Below are positions 16,925-33,260 of a stretch of DNA of 64,000 bases, one piece after another. The stretch lies in NCBI RefSeq assembly GCF_009914755.1, contig NC_060938.1. One strand, 5' to 3'. Each line of letters begins with the position of its first letter. Positions within the stretch are counted from its first letter, which is position 1. Source of the DNA: the human T2T-CHM13v2.0 reference genome, Homo sapiens. A program made the position numbers and the translations under genes. The notes under the pieces are model-generated. The model searched no databases and was not told the DNA's origin. It saw nothing but the letters and a program-made list of their open reading frames with translations.

Positions 16925-17362
16925 GGGACCCCAGCCCTTTTGTCAATCTTTATCTTGATTAATCTGCCTGAGTGTTGCTTGAGGCAATTTTAGATCATTT
17001 TTCTCATTATAATCTTTGCCTCCTAACTTTTCATATTTCTCCAAACTAGGGTAAATTCAGCAAACTTGTTTGGAGCCCTTTAATGTTGCAGGACCAGCTG
17101 GGGCTCCTGTTGGTCCATCCAACCTTAAGAGCTTTGTTTTGACCCCACACATTTACATTTTATTCACCTCATTTCTTGGTAACCATATAAAGATTTCCAC
17201 CTTGCTCAGACAAATCCCCTGACTCTCCTCTTTTTCCGTTTAGTTTCACCTTTATCAATGTTTTCTTTATTCACCTTATTTCTTAATAACCATTTAAAAA
17301 TGTCCACCTTCCTGGAAAGTTCTTTTACTCTCTTCTCTGTCTTTTCCCCATTCTCTTGTTAA

Positions 17363-17716
17363 TTAATCTAACGTTTTCATTAGCATCTGTAAGACCCGTG
17401 AAGGGAAGCTGTGACAACAAACTGGATAAAGCTTCTCGAACTTTCTTTTGGGTTTGCAAAACAGTACGGTTATATGGGGATCTCCATTAAAGGAGCCCCC
17501 TGAATAACAGAATTTACCATAATTCATCAGGTGAATATCCCAGTCATTATAAAGCTGGTCCCACATGGCTTGCATATGAAGCATATTAGCTGCTGTAACT
17601 GGAGTGTTCCAATTAGCATTTCTAGGTGGAGTCAGGCAATCTCCCTCCTCAGAGTAAACAGACCTTAAAATGGCTTTTATCAAGTTCACCAGGCTCGCTA
17701 TTCCCTCAGGAATCAC
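17363..17716 (-). pseudogene. ERV-L-like gag (capsid region) remnant
   Basis: SLVNLIKAILRSVY..WNTPVTAANMLHMQAMWDQLY resembles ERV-L gag; lies between the PBS and the protease. Confidence 0.55.
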
Positions 17717-17872
17717 CTCCTGTTCATGACTGTTCCATAGCGAGCTGTGGATATTGCATCAACCCAAACATACTCTTCCACCCTGCAGCATTTAAAACCA
17801 AAGATACTGCCCCTAAATTAGTTAACTGTCACAATCCATTTTACTAAGGGTTCTTCAGGAAGCTGATGATAC

Positions 17873-18253
17873 TGCAAGGCTCTTGTATTGGTTCAAACCC
17901 CGAGAGCGTGCCAACAAACAAGACAAGGTGGTGTGGAGCAACACGCTGATTTAATGAGCACCTGGGTGCAGGTGGGCTGAGGCCTAAAATGGCGTCAGCA
18001 CCAAATGAGGACAGGGCAGGGGTTTTATAGTCTCCTGTAAACAGGAAGTGTCTCAATCTGATGTAACTGCTTCGAGGTACCCGGATGGCCTCTCTCTCCC
18101 TCTTCAGGGGGTACGTGTCTTCCGGCCAGCTCTCTTCCTGCTTCTGCTATCTTGCTAAAGCAGGCTAATGTGCTCTTGCGCCTTGGGACTGGGCCTGAGA
18201 AGGGAGGAGTTATTCATTCCCTTAAGCTTTCAGGCTCTGGGGAGAATCTTTCA
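17873..18253 (-). mobile_element. MER48 solo LTR
   Basis: Minus strand begins TGAAAGATTCTCCCC; perfect TSD GATAC at 17868-17872 and 18254-18258. Confidence 0.8.
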
Positions 18254-18687
18254 GATACCAGTCTACAAAATGAAACAATTCCTTCACACTAAACCCTCTG
18301 GTTTCAATAGCTTCTTTGTTTTGCCCTTACCACACACTGACTACCTTCTTGGTAAACACAGGTCTTAGAGGTGCTTTCTGTAGTCCTGGCATAATTTTTT
18401 CTGGGAGATGGCTCTGAGGCTAATGACTGAAGTTCTAACTCACTGAAGTCTGCACTGGGGGTAGCATCAAGATCTGACCCAGCACTGTCTTTTGATTTCA
18501 TTTTAGCTATTACAGATAGCAATAACCACACAATTGTATATTTTACTTTTTTGTTGTTTATTATAAGTTTGCATTTCTTTATGCATCCAGCAAACCAACT
18601 GTCCAGGAGTTGAATGCATCTCTAAATTTCACTGGAGGTTTTGCCATTAGTAACTGAGTGCAACACAGCTACTGCCTCATATCATGG

Positions 18688-19295
18688 TGATACGGCTCCA
18701 GTGACTGTAGAAACACCGTGGGTCCTTTGTCTCACACTGATAAGATTGACACGGACACACGTGGAGTGATTTTAAGGAGTAAAAAGTTTAATAGGCAAGA
18801 AAGAAGAAAGAAGAAAACAGCTCCCCTGTACAGAGGGAGGGAGGGAGCCTCCAAACAGAGAAACCCCACATGCCGCAGAAAGCAGTTGGTTATATTGGGA
18901 GGTTGGAGGAAGCGGTGTCTGATTTGCACAGGGCTCAGGGGATTCGTTTAACCAGCTGTGTCATTCATGTAGCCCTCGAAAAAACCCTCCCACCCTAGCT
19001 TTTAATATGCAAATGCGAGTTGCCATGAAGTCCTGCACATGCGGTGTTACCTGGAGGTGGCCATGGCACCTGCCACACGTGGTGACAAGGATAAGAGGGC
19101 AGGACTGCCAGTTGGGTGGACCTGGTTTCTAGCCATCTGCATTTGCATATCAATGATTGCCAGTCTGGTTTTTCAAGCCTCTTTCGGTTAGAAAGGAAAT
19201 GGTTCGGGGGTTGCTCTTTATTAAAGGAAAATTCCACCGAGAACCTTCACCCTTTCCAGCTGCCTAAAAATTATTTCTTAACAGCTCCTGTATTA
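18688..19295 (-). mobile_element. LTR10-family (HERV-I) solo LTR
   Basis: Minus strand begins TAATACAGGAGCTGTTAAGAAATAATTTTTAGGCAG; TSD ATGG/ATAG; subfamily uncertain. Confidence 0.65.
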
Positions 19296-19401
19296 ATAGG
19301 TGGCCATATGGTCACCTGAGAATCATATTTATCACCCTCCACCCATTTGTCCTTTTTACCCAAAATCACATGTTCCTGTGAGTCAGAGGCCAGGCTAGTA
19401 A

Positions 19402-19419
19402 ATCCCACTTCTGACACCA
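19402..19419 (-). other. Retroviral primer-binding site, tRNA-Leu(CAA)
   Basis: TGGTGTCAGAAGTGGGAT on the minus strand, complementary to the tRNA-Leu 3' end ..AUCCCACUUCUGACACCA. Confidence 0.88.
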
Positions 19420-19421
19420 AA

Positions 19422-20219
19422 TCTGAGGCTATTGAGGAAAAACAAACTCAGTTTCTCCTACTATACTCTCACAACACAGAACACTTCAGTAACTAAATGT
19501 GTGAGGTTTTTTCCCCACACACCAAGCAAGCGTCAATTCTACAGCTCTAATTCAATTTAATTCTGACACTATGTACCTGGAGGTACCATCAGATCCCACA
19601 GGTTGAGAACTCAGTTCTAGAAGACTGGCCTTCACTTCAGATGCCAGTTGCAAGTCTGGGTCTCTGGGATAAGTCAGGATTCCCACAACGCCCTCCTTGA
19701 ATTCAATTAATTTGCCAAAGTGGCTCACAGAACTCAGGAAATACTTACTTACATTTACTGGTTTATTATAAGGGTTACTACAAAGGACACAGATAAAGAA
19801 GTGTATAGGGTGAGGTTATGTGAGGAAGGGGCACAGAATTTCCATGTCCTCTCTGGGTGCACCACCTTCCAGGACCCTCCACATGTCCAGCTATCCAGAA
19901 GTCCCCTGAACCCAGTCTTTTGGCAGGGTTTTATGGAAGCCTCATTACATAGGCATGATTGATTAAATCATTGATCATTGGTAATCAACTTAACCTTCAT
20001 CCCCTCTCCACTCTCCAGAGGTTGTGGGATGGGCTGAAAGTCCCAACTCTTTGCTCATGCCTTGGACTTTCCTGTGATCATCCCCCATCCTGAAGCTACC
20101 TGGAGACTTCCAACCATCAGCCAACTCATTAGCATACAAAAAGACATTGCTTTGGAGATTTTAGGAGTCCTAGGCCAGAAAATAGGATGAAGACCAAATA
20201 TGTATTTTACTGTAGCACA
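19422..20219 (-). mobile_element. MER21 5' LTR
   Basis: Minus strand begins TGTGCTACAGTAAAATACATATTTGGTC and is followed after 2 nt by the PBS. Confidence 0.85.
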
Positions 20220-20997
20220 ATGGGTTTTCAAGGCTCTTTGAAATCTACTCATATTCCTGATCAACTTGGTGAAACCCAGAGGGAGTCACTTTGGCAAGTG
20301 TGGAATAGTGGTTCAGAGTCTAGGTTTTGGACTCAGGCTGACTCTGTGTGGCCATGGGTAAGTTCCATGTCCTCTTTGAACCGCATCTCCTCATGTATAA
20401 AATGGGAATAAGAACAGTATCTACTCTGTGGACTTAGCTCCTTGATAGAAGCGCGTTTTATGAGATGAAGCGTGTTTTATGGGATAAACCGTGTTAGGCA
20501 CTTGGTGCAAGGAAATCATGCCATTATTTGAGAATGGAGGGAGATTAACGTGTTGTTCCCAGTGCATTTCTAGCCACCTCCCCATTACAAAAGAACTAAG
20601 AATTGGGAATCTAATACCAAAGTTCTAAAAAATCCCATATAATATGAATTAGGGGAAAGAATAACAACAGCAGCAACAAAAGTTAAACAAATAGTGAGGT
20701 GATATATTTCTAAATATTTAAGAAATTGTTACTTTACTGAAAGAGTCTAGATAAATACTCTTAGAGTGACAATGGAGCAGGAAGAGTCCCAAATTTGCTC
20801 TGGGGAGCTGGATTTTAATCCACACCTCCCATGCCTCACCAGCCTTAGAGACAGTGAATGGTCATACCTTAACTCAAAACTCTCCCCCAGTGACATCAGT
20901 TTGGAACACCCAAAGCCTAGTACATTTTAAGAAAACTCTTCTAAATGGCCACAGGATCTGACTTTCAGCAGGCGATGCTTATTTATACACTGCATAT

Positions 20998-21309
<312 letters not shown>

Positions 21310-21712
21310 TAAAGGCCACTAGGAAACAACAAAATGTTAACAGTTGTTATCCCTGGGAGATAGGGTTATAGATTATTTTATAATTGTAATTTATAATTTT
21401 ATAATTTTAATTCTTTGTATTTTTCTGCACTTTCAGTAATTTGTTTTGTAATAAACACGTATTGTCTAAATAATTTAACAATTAGACATTAGTCTATATG
21501 CCAGGCACTTTGCTAGGTATTGAGAATGCAGCATCCATCATTCCTGGTGTTTATGGTCTAGAAGGGAATAAGACAGTGAATAAATAAATACACAAATAAT
21601 TAATTGCTTTCTCTACAGAGAAGTCTAGAAGACTATGAAGTCAAGAGGGATTTGACCTAGACCCGATTTTGGGAAGGCTTCTGAAAAAGAAAATTACTTT
21701 AAAGCTGAAATC

Positions 21713-22012
21713 TGGCTGGGCACAGTTCACGCCTGTAATCTCAGCACTTTGGGAGGTCAAGGTGGGTGAATCACTTGAGGTCTGGATTTCGAGACCAGCT
21801 TGGCCAATATAGCAAAACCCCATCTCTACTACAAATACAAAAAAAATTCACCAGGTGTGGTTGTGCGCACCTGTAGTCCCAGCTACTCAGGAGGCTGAGG
21901 TAGGGGAGTTGCTTGAACTCGGGAGGTGGAGATTGCAATGAATGGAGATCGAGCCTGGGCGACAGAGAAAGACTCTGTCTCAAAAAAAAAAAAAAAAAAG
22001 AAAAAGAAAAAA
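21713..22012 (+). mobile_element. AluS within an L2 remnant
   Basis: TSD AAAG(C/T)TGAAATCT. Confidence 0.9.
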
Positions 22013-22425
22013 AGTTGAAATCTAAAGGAGGAGAGAAAGAGGAAGATATTCTAGGTGGAGAGAATAACATGTGCAAAGAGCCTGAGGCATACGGTATATT
22101 TAAGAAACCAAGAGCAGGCCAGAGTAGCTACAGCTTGGGGAACGGAGGGTGTTCAGGTATGGCAAGACCAAGCAAGCATGGCCTTATAGATCTTATTAAT
22201 GGTTTTTGCATTTTATTTTAAGAAGAATTGAAAATCAAGGTTTTAAACAGAATATAGTAACAGAGAGCTATGTCCATTTCATATTTTATTTTTAATTTCA
22301 AATCATTTGTTATCTGTAAGGAGTTCTTGGATTTGGATTTTCAAGGCCAATTCAATGGACTCATCCTATATATGCATGAAAGTGTTTTATAAAAAGCCTT
22401 TTTTCTTAAAACATTAGCTTCCTCT

Positions 22426-22560
22426 GGCCAGGCACAGTGGCTCATGCCTATAATCCCAGCACTTTGGGAGGCCAAGGTGGGAGGTTTGCCTGAGCCCAGG
22501 AGCTTGAGACCAGCCTAGACAAGATGGCAAGACCTCATCTTCATTAAAAAAAAAAAAAAT
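22426..22560 (+). mobile_element. FLAM / Alu monomer
   Basis: Monomer with A tail. Confidence 0.8.
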
Positions 22561-24016
22561 ACAGCAACACTTTAGCTTTCTCTATACAGGGAGCCTTGGA
22601 TTTTGAAAGCTGCACATCACCGCAGCCTGGCTCTCCCATCATCAGTTTGGGGCAACGGAGCATGCTGGAAAAAACAGGAGCATAGAGTAGAAGGCTGAGC
22701 AGCAAGAGACCCTTCTGTGTACACCAGGGAGTTGAGGCATGAGACCGCCACATGAGCATTCTGTCATGAAATTTCATGTGCCATGGAAATGCAAAACAAT
22801 TCAATTCCCAGACCAGCTGCGGTCAAAATACAGCTGAACAAACGACAAGAGCTAGAACCTGACAAATTGGGAGGGTTTTTTTCAGCTGAGGAGTGCAAAG
22901 CTGGGTCACTGTCATGCCGATTAACTGTAGTTCAAGCTTAAGTGATGATCTCAGGGACCCCAACCTGAAACGGTATATGAGTAATCGTCACATGCCAACA
23001 CGAAGTTACATTTGTTACAATGCTTTTGAGTTTGCTTTGCATTTTTGTTTTAAACCTACCCTGCTCTATCATCTTAGGAAATCACTGTATCAGAAGTAAT
23101 TAGCCATGTGGCTGCTAAATAACAGATGAGAGGTTTCCAGCAAATGCCCCTCTCTAGTGCTCCTAAATCAACTGGGCATGTCCTGACCTCCAGGTGATTT
23201 GAATGGCAGAGGTAACTGCCAAAACACACCGCTGGTCCTGGAATAACTCAGAGGTTTAGTGGACTCTGGAGCCACAGTAACGGGCATCTGGTAGTCAACC
23301 TTTTCCTGTAATGAGGAGTTATTAAATATTCACATCAGGAATTGAGGCTTTAGTCCGCCCTCAACTGGTCTTCCAACCTGTTACCTATTATGCCTCACAC
23401 TTTATATACCCCCGAATACAACAAGAAGAAACTTGTGAATGTTCTATAAAACCTGCTACTGACATCAGGGTGGGTCTTTGAGGCTTATGGTTATCCTAAT
23501 AAAACGAAGGAATGTGTAACAGACTGTAGCCGGCAGACCACCAACTACTTTATTGTTTAAACACAAAAGCAAAACTTTGGTAAACCTACTATACCTGAGG
23601 CACAGTGTGTGGCTGTTTCTTAACCCTTGAAGACTGTTATGTACCCAACTTCAGCTGACATCTCTGTGTTTCTTGTTTCCCTCCATGTGAGGAGTTTACT
23701 AAGTTACATGCTTAGACAAGAAATACCTGTTGATGGAGTGGTTATGAATTACAGATTGGAGCTTGCAAATCAATTTGGAATTTTAAAAAAATAAACTCAA
23801 ACCAGATCTGTGAGGCCTGCTTCTCCACAGACAGCATAAGCATGAGGCAAAAGAAGAGCCCCAGCAGATAGGCAATCAGGTAGCCCTAAGATAGGTCGGA
23901 AAGAGGTCTTCTGTGACCCCAGAATCCTCTTTCTTGATCTCTTCCTTTCCCCACCACCACCCTCAAGCTCAGAAACTCAGTATCCTACTCTTACCTTGAT
24001 GCAAATGCAGGAAAGG

Positions 24017-24354
24017 GTCTGCATCAGCAGAGGAATGGCAGGAAACTCTCAAAAGAGTTAAGTGCAGGGAATTAATCAAAGAAGTTATTTCGTGAGATGT
24101 GGGCAGGTAATGGAAACCAATGAGAGACAGAGGAGCGCCCAAGGACTATTACCAGCAGGGAGCTGTTCCTCCCCACCAAAGGGGCCAAGGGTGAAAGAGC
24201 GCTGATGAGAATCAAGTAGGCATTTTAGTAAAGGAAGCCGGTGGGGCAGCTTTACAGTGGTCAGCCTCACAGTGGTCAGCCTCCTAAGGCACAGAGTAGG
24301 CCGCAGAAGGACAGAGAGCCCATCTGAAGAGGCAAACAGAAAATAACCAGCACA
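24017..24354. mobile_element. Old MLT1 (MaLR) LTR remnant
   Basis: Ends GGCAAACAGAAAATAACCAGCACA, like MLT1K/L. Confidence 0.5.
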
Positions 24355-24735
24355 GAGTCTGGCATTAGATTATTCAATCTGTTACCATGTTCAGGTTCAT
24401 TAGTATCCAAAACCTAGTAGGTGTGAAAGAAAAGTTAGGAATCATGCTAGTATTTTATTTTTAATCCTTGCACTAAAAAGTTTCCAACCATCAGTGAGCA
24501 GATCTGGGAGGATGGAAAGAACGACCTATTTCTGTTTCTCAGTCATACCCAAACATTAGTGGTCGCTGGTCTTTTGAATGATCAGTGATGTGAGGGAGAG
24601 CTTCCAGGTGAGACCTGATACAAGACCCTCTTTAGGAGGGTCCTTCGCCCTCCCAAAGTGCTGCTATTCATTGGACAAATATTGAGTCCAATGCAGTGTC
24701 CACTTGCAACATTTTGCAATAAAAGAATTTTCTAG

Positions 24736-25035
24736 GCCAGGCGCGGTGGCTCACACCTATAATCCTAGCCCTTTGGGAGGCCGAGGCGAGTGGATCACCT
24801 GAGGTCAGGAGTTCAACACCAGCCTGACCAACATGGCAAAACCCCATCTCTACTGGAAAAAAAAAAAAAAAAGCCAGGTGTGGTGGCACGTGCCTGTAAT
24901 CCCAGCTACTTGGGAGGTTGAGGCAGGAGAATCACTTGAACCTGGGAGGTGGAGGTTTCAGTGAGCCAAGATCGACCCACTGCACTCCAGCCTGGGCAAC
25001 AGAGTGAGACTCTGTCTCAAAGAAAAAAAAAAAAA
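24736..25035 (+). mobile_element. AluSx-like
   Basis: TSD AAAAGAATTTTCT. Confidence 0.92.
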
Positions 25036-25359
25036 AGAATTTTCTTATTAAGTTTGTTTAATCATCATGAATCCATGCCCCTCATTTCAGTCTTGAACTT
25101 TTGACAGAGTCTTCCCCAAAATTTCTATTCCTCTGGCCTTTCTCCCTTCAAATTATATCTCCCACAGAACCATCAGATTATTCTATCTAGAAAAATAAAT
25201 CCCTGCTTAAAACCCTGCCCTGGCTCCCCATTATCTATAGTGTCAAGTCCAGACCCCAAGAATGGACTCCCAGGTACCTCTGCAGCCTCATTTCTTCTCT
25301 ACTCTCCTCCTTGCCCTTTAAATAACAACCATGTTGGCACTTTTATTTATGTGTGTGTG

Positions 25360-25500
25360 TATTTATTTATTTATTATTTTTATAGAGACAGAGTCTCCCT
25401 ATGTTGCACAGATGGGTGCTAAACTCCTGGGCTCAAGCAATCCTCCCACCTCAGCCTCCCAATGTGCTGGGATTACAGATGTGAGCCACTGTGTCCGGCC
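25360..25500 (-). mobile_element. FLAM / Alu monomer
   Basis: Antisense monomer. Confidence 0.8.
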
Positions 25501-25990
25501 ATGTCAGCACTTTTTCTCATGTCTTTCCAGGCCCATGAGACCCTCTTCGGCCCCCATTGTTGGCCTGCCTGTCTCCCAATGGTTATTTGAGAAACAGCTC
25601 AGGGTAACAGCTCCAGGCTTCCATGCTGAGATGCTCTCTAGCCCTGACTCTTCTTCAACAGAGAATTCCCTGCATCACGTTGAAATGCCTCATCTCCCAC
25701 CTTCACTGGGAACACCGTAAAGGCAGGAACTATGTCCTATTCATTGAATAATCAATAATCCTCCCCAATATAGTATATGGTAAGAGTTGGCATTCAAAAA
25801 TATATGATAAACTAAACTAAATGATGACTTCCCAAAAAGAAAGTGTTCCCTTAAAGCAAAGTTCCCTAGGACATTAGACTTTTTTTTTTTTTAAACTCTG
25901 TAGGAACACAACGTATACAGATACTTCATTATTGTTACTAGGTTTCTCTATATGTTCAATGTATACCTCAGCCCCTTAGGAACTGGTTTA

Positions 25991-26473
<483 letters not shown>

Positions 26474-27363
26474 TTACCTGAAGACAACAGTAGAGATCAT
26501 CTGGAAATACTGGCATTGGTAGGCTGACCTCCATGTCCCCATGGGCCTTATTTTCTATAATTCTAAAATGGCTTTCAAATACAGGATACTCCATCAACTT
26601 GGAGATGTAATCATCCAGTGTCATTTCACAGTGGTGCAGCTGTAAGACTTCCTTGTATGGTCTGGGAGTGTGTTTCTAAGAAATAGGAGTGCTAAACGAA
26701 ATGAGTCAAACATACCTCAGTTCTCATGAGTTATATCCCCTGACCACATTATTTATCACCTAAAATCAATATCCTCTAGATGTCTTTATCTTCTTGGTGT
26801 TCTCTAGCACTCCTGTCCTGGTGGGTTGACCCATATCTAAAATGCAACCTCATCCATTCAACTGGAACTCACCCACCTAGAGTTACTGGAAAACTTGCAT
26901 TTCACATTTGGCATGTTACCTCAACCATCAAAATAATCTGGAGTTGGTTTATCCTTTGGAAAACTATTTGCTGCAAGTCAAAAAATCATTAGTCAGAAAA
27001 AGGATGTTAATGACAGAAAAACCAGAGCAGCATAAACAAAGCTAAGATACTGGCTGCCAACCACTCAACCTGTGGAAGGGCAGATGGAGGGGGTGCTTTT
27101 TGGCCCTCAGACTTCATACCAGCTTACCAGCACCGTAACTATCAATACCATCTGAGGGGGCCTGAACAAGGAAAGCTTATGTGGTCAAAAGGGGCAAGGA
27201 GATGCTTCAGAAATTCCAACTCCTCTTGAAGAGTGTCCAGTACTGGGAATCAAAATTAACAAAATTATCCAATAAACCTCCTGCCTCACCACTGCAATGC
27301 AAATATTTTCTTTTCTTTTTCCCCTCAGAATGTGAAGTTAAAACTCACCTAATTCAATGGTTT

Positions 27364-27712
<349 letters not shown>

Positions 27713-28020
27713 TCGATGGTTCAATTTATATGGACAACAAGCAACTGGAAACCCTGGCATTATAAGCAGCATATTTATTGTGTATGGTGTGGTCTAATTC
27801 TAGATAAACCACTTATAAAACCACCTATCCCCACTTAGGTCTCCAGTTAAAGAAGCTTTAACAGTGACTGCAGCTTCATCTGTATAGTTGCTTCTCCTCT
27901 AACAATTATGGCTGGGACACAGCGCCCTTCTCTAGAAATGAGTGCTAGAGCCAGGGAGCAGGGGAGGAGTCAGTCTATCCGAATGCAAGTTCTAAATGTA
28001 AGAAGGTGTCTGTTTTGTAC

Positions 28021-28150
28021 ACACTCACTTTGGCAGCACATATACTTAAAAAAACATTGGAGTCATACAGAGAAGATTAGTATGCATGGTCCTTTACAAG
28101 TATGATGTGCAAATTTGTAACGCGAAGCTTTCCAAAAAAAAAAAAAAAAA
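28021..28150 (+). pseudogene. U6 snRNA retropseudogene with A tail
   Basis: CTCACTTTGGCAGCACATATACT..ATACAGAGAAGATTAG..GCAAATT.. follows U6, including the ACAGAGA box; many substitutions and indels; A17 tail. Confidence 0.9.
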
Positions 28151-28185
28151 GGGAAGTGTTGACATAAGTGTGAAGACCATGATAA

Positions 28186-29527
<1,342 letters not shown>

Positions 29528-29644
29528 GTCTAGCATATTTTAAAAAAAGATATAAAGGAAGCAGAGTGAAAGTGGATCTTTTAAACATTTGATTTAAATA
29601 TCAGTGTTCAGCCACTGAGAGGTTTGGAGTAGTCAAAAAGGGAT

Positions 29645-30445
29645 GTTTTATTTTTTAAATTTTTGTGGGTACATAATAGGTGTATATATTTTGTGGGTAC
29701 ATAGTAGGTGTATATATTTATGGAGTACATGAGCTACTTTGATACAGGCATGCAATGTGTAATAATCACATCAAGGAAAATGGGTATCCATCCCCTCAAG
29801 CGTTTATCCTTTGTGTTACAAACAATCCAGCTAGACTCTTTTATTTTTAAATGTACAATTAAATTGTTACTGACTATAGTCACCCTGTTGTGCTATCAAG
29901 TACTAGGTCTTATTCGTTCTTTCTAATTATTTTTTGTACCCATTAACCATCCCACTTTCCCTCCACTACCCTTCCCACCCTCTGATAACCATCCTTCTAT
30001 TCTCTATCTTCATGAGTTCAGTGGTTTTGATCTTTAGCTCCCACAAATAAGTCAGATCACGGGAAGTTTGTCTTTCTGTGCCTGGCTTATTTCACTTAAC
30101 AAAATGACCTACTGTTCCATTCATGTTGTTGAAAATGGTGGGATCTCTTTCTTTCTTATGGCTGAATGGTATTCCATTGCATATATATGCCACATTTTCT
30201 TTATCTGTTCATCTGTGGATGGACACTCAGGTTGCTTCCAAATCTTGGCTATTGTGAACAGTGCTGCAACAAATATGGGAGTGCAGATATCTCTTGGACA
30301 TACTGATTTCCTTTCCTTTGGGTACATACCCAGCAGTGGGATTGCTGGACCATAGGGTAGCTCTATTTTTAGTTTTTTGAGGAACACTAAATCATTCTGT
30401 AAAGTGGTCGTACTAATTAACATTCCCAACAAAACTGTATAAGGG
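29645..30445 (-). mobile_element. L1MA 3' fragment
   Basis: ORF 30121-30432 translates as the L1 ORF2 C-terminus ([33 protein letters not shown]); local 28-bp tandem duplication near 29660-29715. Confidence 0.88.
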
Positions 30446-30448
30446 TCT

Positions 30449-30942
<494 letters not shown>

Positions 30943-32566
30943 TGACTTTCTCCAGCACACCTTTCCCATGCACCCACAGATTTGGGATCTGGTCTCAACA
31001 ACCCATGTGAATTTGCTCTGAGTTCCTGACAGAGGAAGCTGCTAAAGTTAAGAACTAACTTCCACCCTTAGTGGACAATCACTTGAGATGCACCAAGGGT
31101 TGGACCACCTTGCTCTGCCAAGGTCAGAGCACTCACTGAGGCCAAGCTCCACTCTGGGATGAGATATCTGGCTGAGAGTGGCCTGGACAAATGGAAACAG
31201 AGGCAACGTGACTTCCCCTTTCCCTATTTGCACAGCTTGATAATGACACACAGAAAGGAGACACAGTGTATATGTAAGTTTAACAGCACAAGTAAAACTA
31301 ATAATTTTCCAATAAGAAGTGACCAATTTATTCAAAATTTGAGAAGTTTAAAGTACAGACTTGAAGCCTACTGTTCAAACACAGTCATTATTAAAGTATA
31401 CATTTCTCAAACATTGCAATCCCACCTCCAAAGCCACAGATTCTTTTCTCCTTAGTCTCTCAGGCCTGAAAGTCTTTGTCCGTATTTCTTCATTCTGCAG
31501 CCTGACGGTCACGCCCCTGGTACTGAATACACACACACAAGCAAGGGACTCTTCTGAGCGTATGGTGGGCAAGAGAGACCTCTGCTGGATGAATGATGGC
31601 AAACAAGCGCTGCTCGGCCTTAGCAGAAAAACAAGAAACAGTTTTTACAGTGGTGCTTTTGGAGGAGGAGAAAAATTGTTTTTGTTTTAAAATCACCTTT
31701 TAAACTCTATGAGATTAAAAACCAACCCCATAATATATGTTTTTTTAGGTTTCTAGAAACACCGTTTGTGGACTGTGCCATTTCTACAGCCCTTTAATAC
31801 TTATGTTAAGCAATTTTTTAAGAGCTCCGTATATTCTGCACCCAGGTTCTAAGAGCAGCTTAACTGCCTAATAGCTGAACTGTTTCTTTTCTAATTGCCT
31901 GCCAGTGTTGCACATTTTCTGTGCACAGGCAGGGATGCGTGAGGCATGATTCTCATAGACCCAAAATCAGGATGGACTTCAAGACTGAGTTTTCAGAACT
32001 CCTGGGGAAAGGAGATGTGTTTGAGATAGGTCAGCAGGGGACAAAAGCATTCAAAGAAAACTTGGCACACCTTGCCAGACTTTTCCCCTTGGCTGCATAT
32101 TTTCAGAATCCTTAGGTCCTTCACTGGGGTGGGGGGCAGGGAGAGTGAGTGCTTTTGAAAAGAGGAAGTTCCCTTGCACACAGCATATATCCTGATGCAT
32201 TAAAATATGCTCAAGTTTGCAGTGTCCTCTTTACACACTGTGTTTCAGGGGCACAGCAAAGGCAGAGCTTGGTGGTTCAACTCTCTGCCTCTCATATAAT
32301 GCCTAATTATACTGGTTTCTAATCTGACTCTGCCTAATTAGGCAACGGTGCGCAAGTTTTCCAAATTTCCTAAGCCTCGGTTTCCTCCTCTGCAAAATTG
32401 GATTGGTTGTAGTGTCCACTGCAAAGTGTTACTAGGAGAGTTTGATGAGATAATATATGGTCAGTGCTTAGCATAGTGGTGGCTGGCCTATAGTAAATGT
32501 TCAATGAACACAGGTATAATTATTAAAGGTGAGGTAAACACGTACACAAATGTTTGTGTACATGTT

Positions 32567-32640
32567 TCCTTCCTTCTTCCCTCCCTCCCTCCTCCCTCCC
32601 TCCCTCCCTCCCTCCCTCCCTCCCTTCCTTCCTTCCTTCC
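32567..32640. repeat. (CCCT)n/(CCTT)n polypyrimidine microsatellite
   Basis: Read directly. Confidence 0.9.
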
Positions 32641-32909
32641 TTTCTTCTTTCAACAAATATTTATAGAGTTTCTACTATGTCGAAACTCTATGCGAGACAT
32701 TGAGGAGTATAAAAACCTGAAAAAGTTATGTTTCTATTCTCAGAGAGCTTTCAGTCTCTCTCATGTTTTATCATTTGGATATAGATCAGTGATTCTAAAA
32801 GCTGTTTGCTAACATCCCAGAATGGCCTTAGAAGAAAATTCCCCAAATTCTCAGGAAAATAAATAACAAGCTTTTACCTGAAATATTGATTTATGCCTTT
32901 CCAATCTTA

Positions 32910-33260
<351 letters not shown>

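Noticed and set aside
16733-17716. Possible domesticated gag/protease gene
   Set aside because: Fragments are short, frameshifted and split by LTR insertions; there is no long intact ORF.
19402-19419. tRNA-Leu gene or fragment
   Set aside because: Only the 3' 18-19 nt including CCA match, right beside an LTR; this is a primer-binding site.
28021-28133. Functional U6 snRNA gene
   Set aside because: Many substitutions and indels, an A tail instead of a T terminator, and no recognisable U6 upstream promoter.
30068-30432. ORFs resembling a protein domain
   Set aside because: L1 ORF2 C-terminal remnant and its antisense frame.
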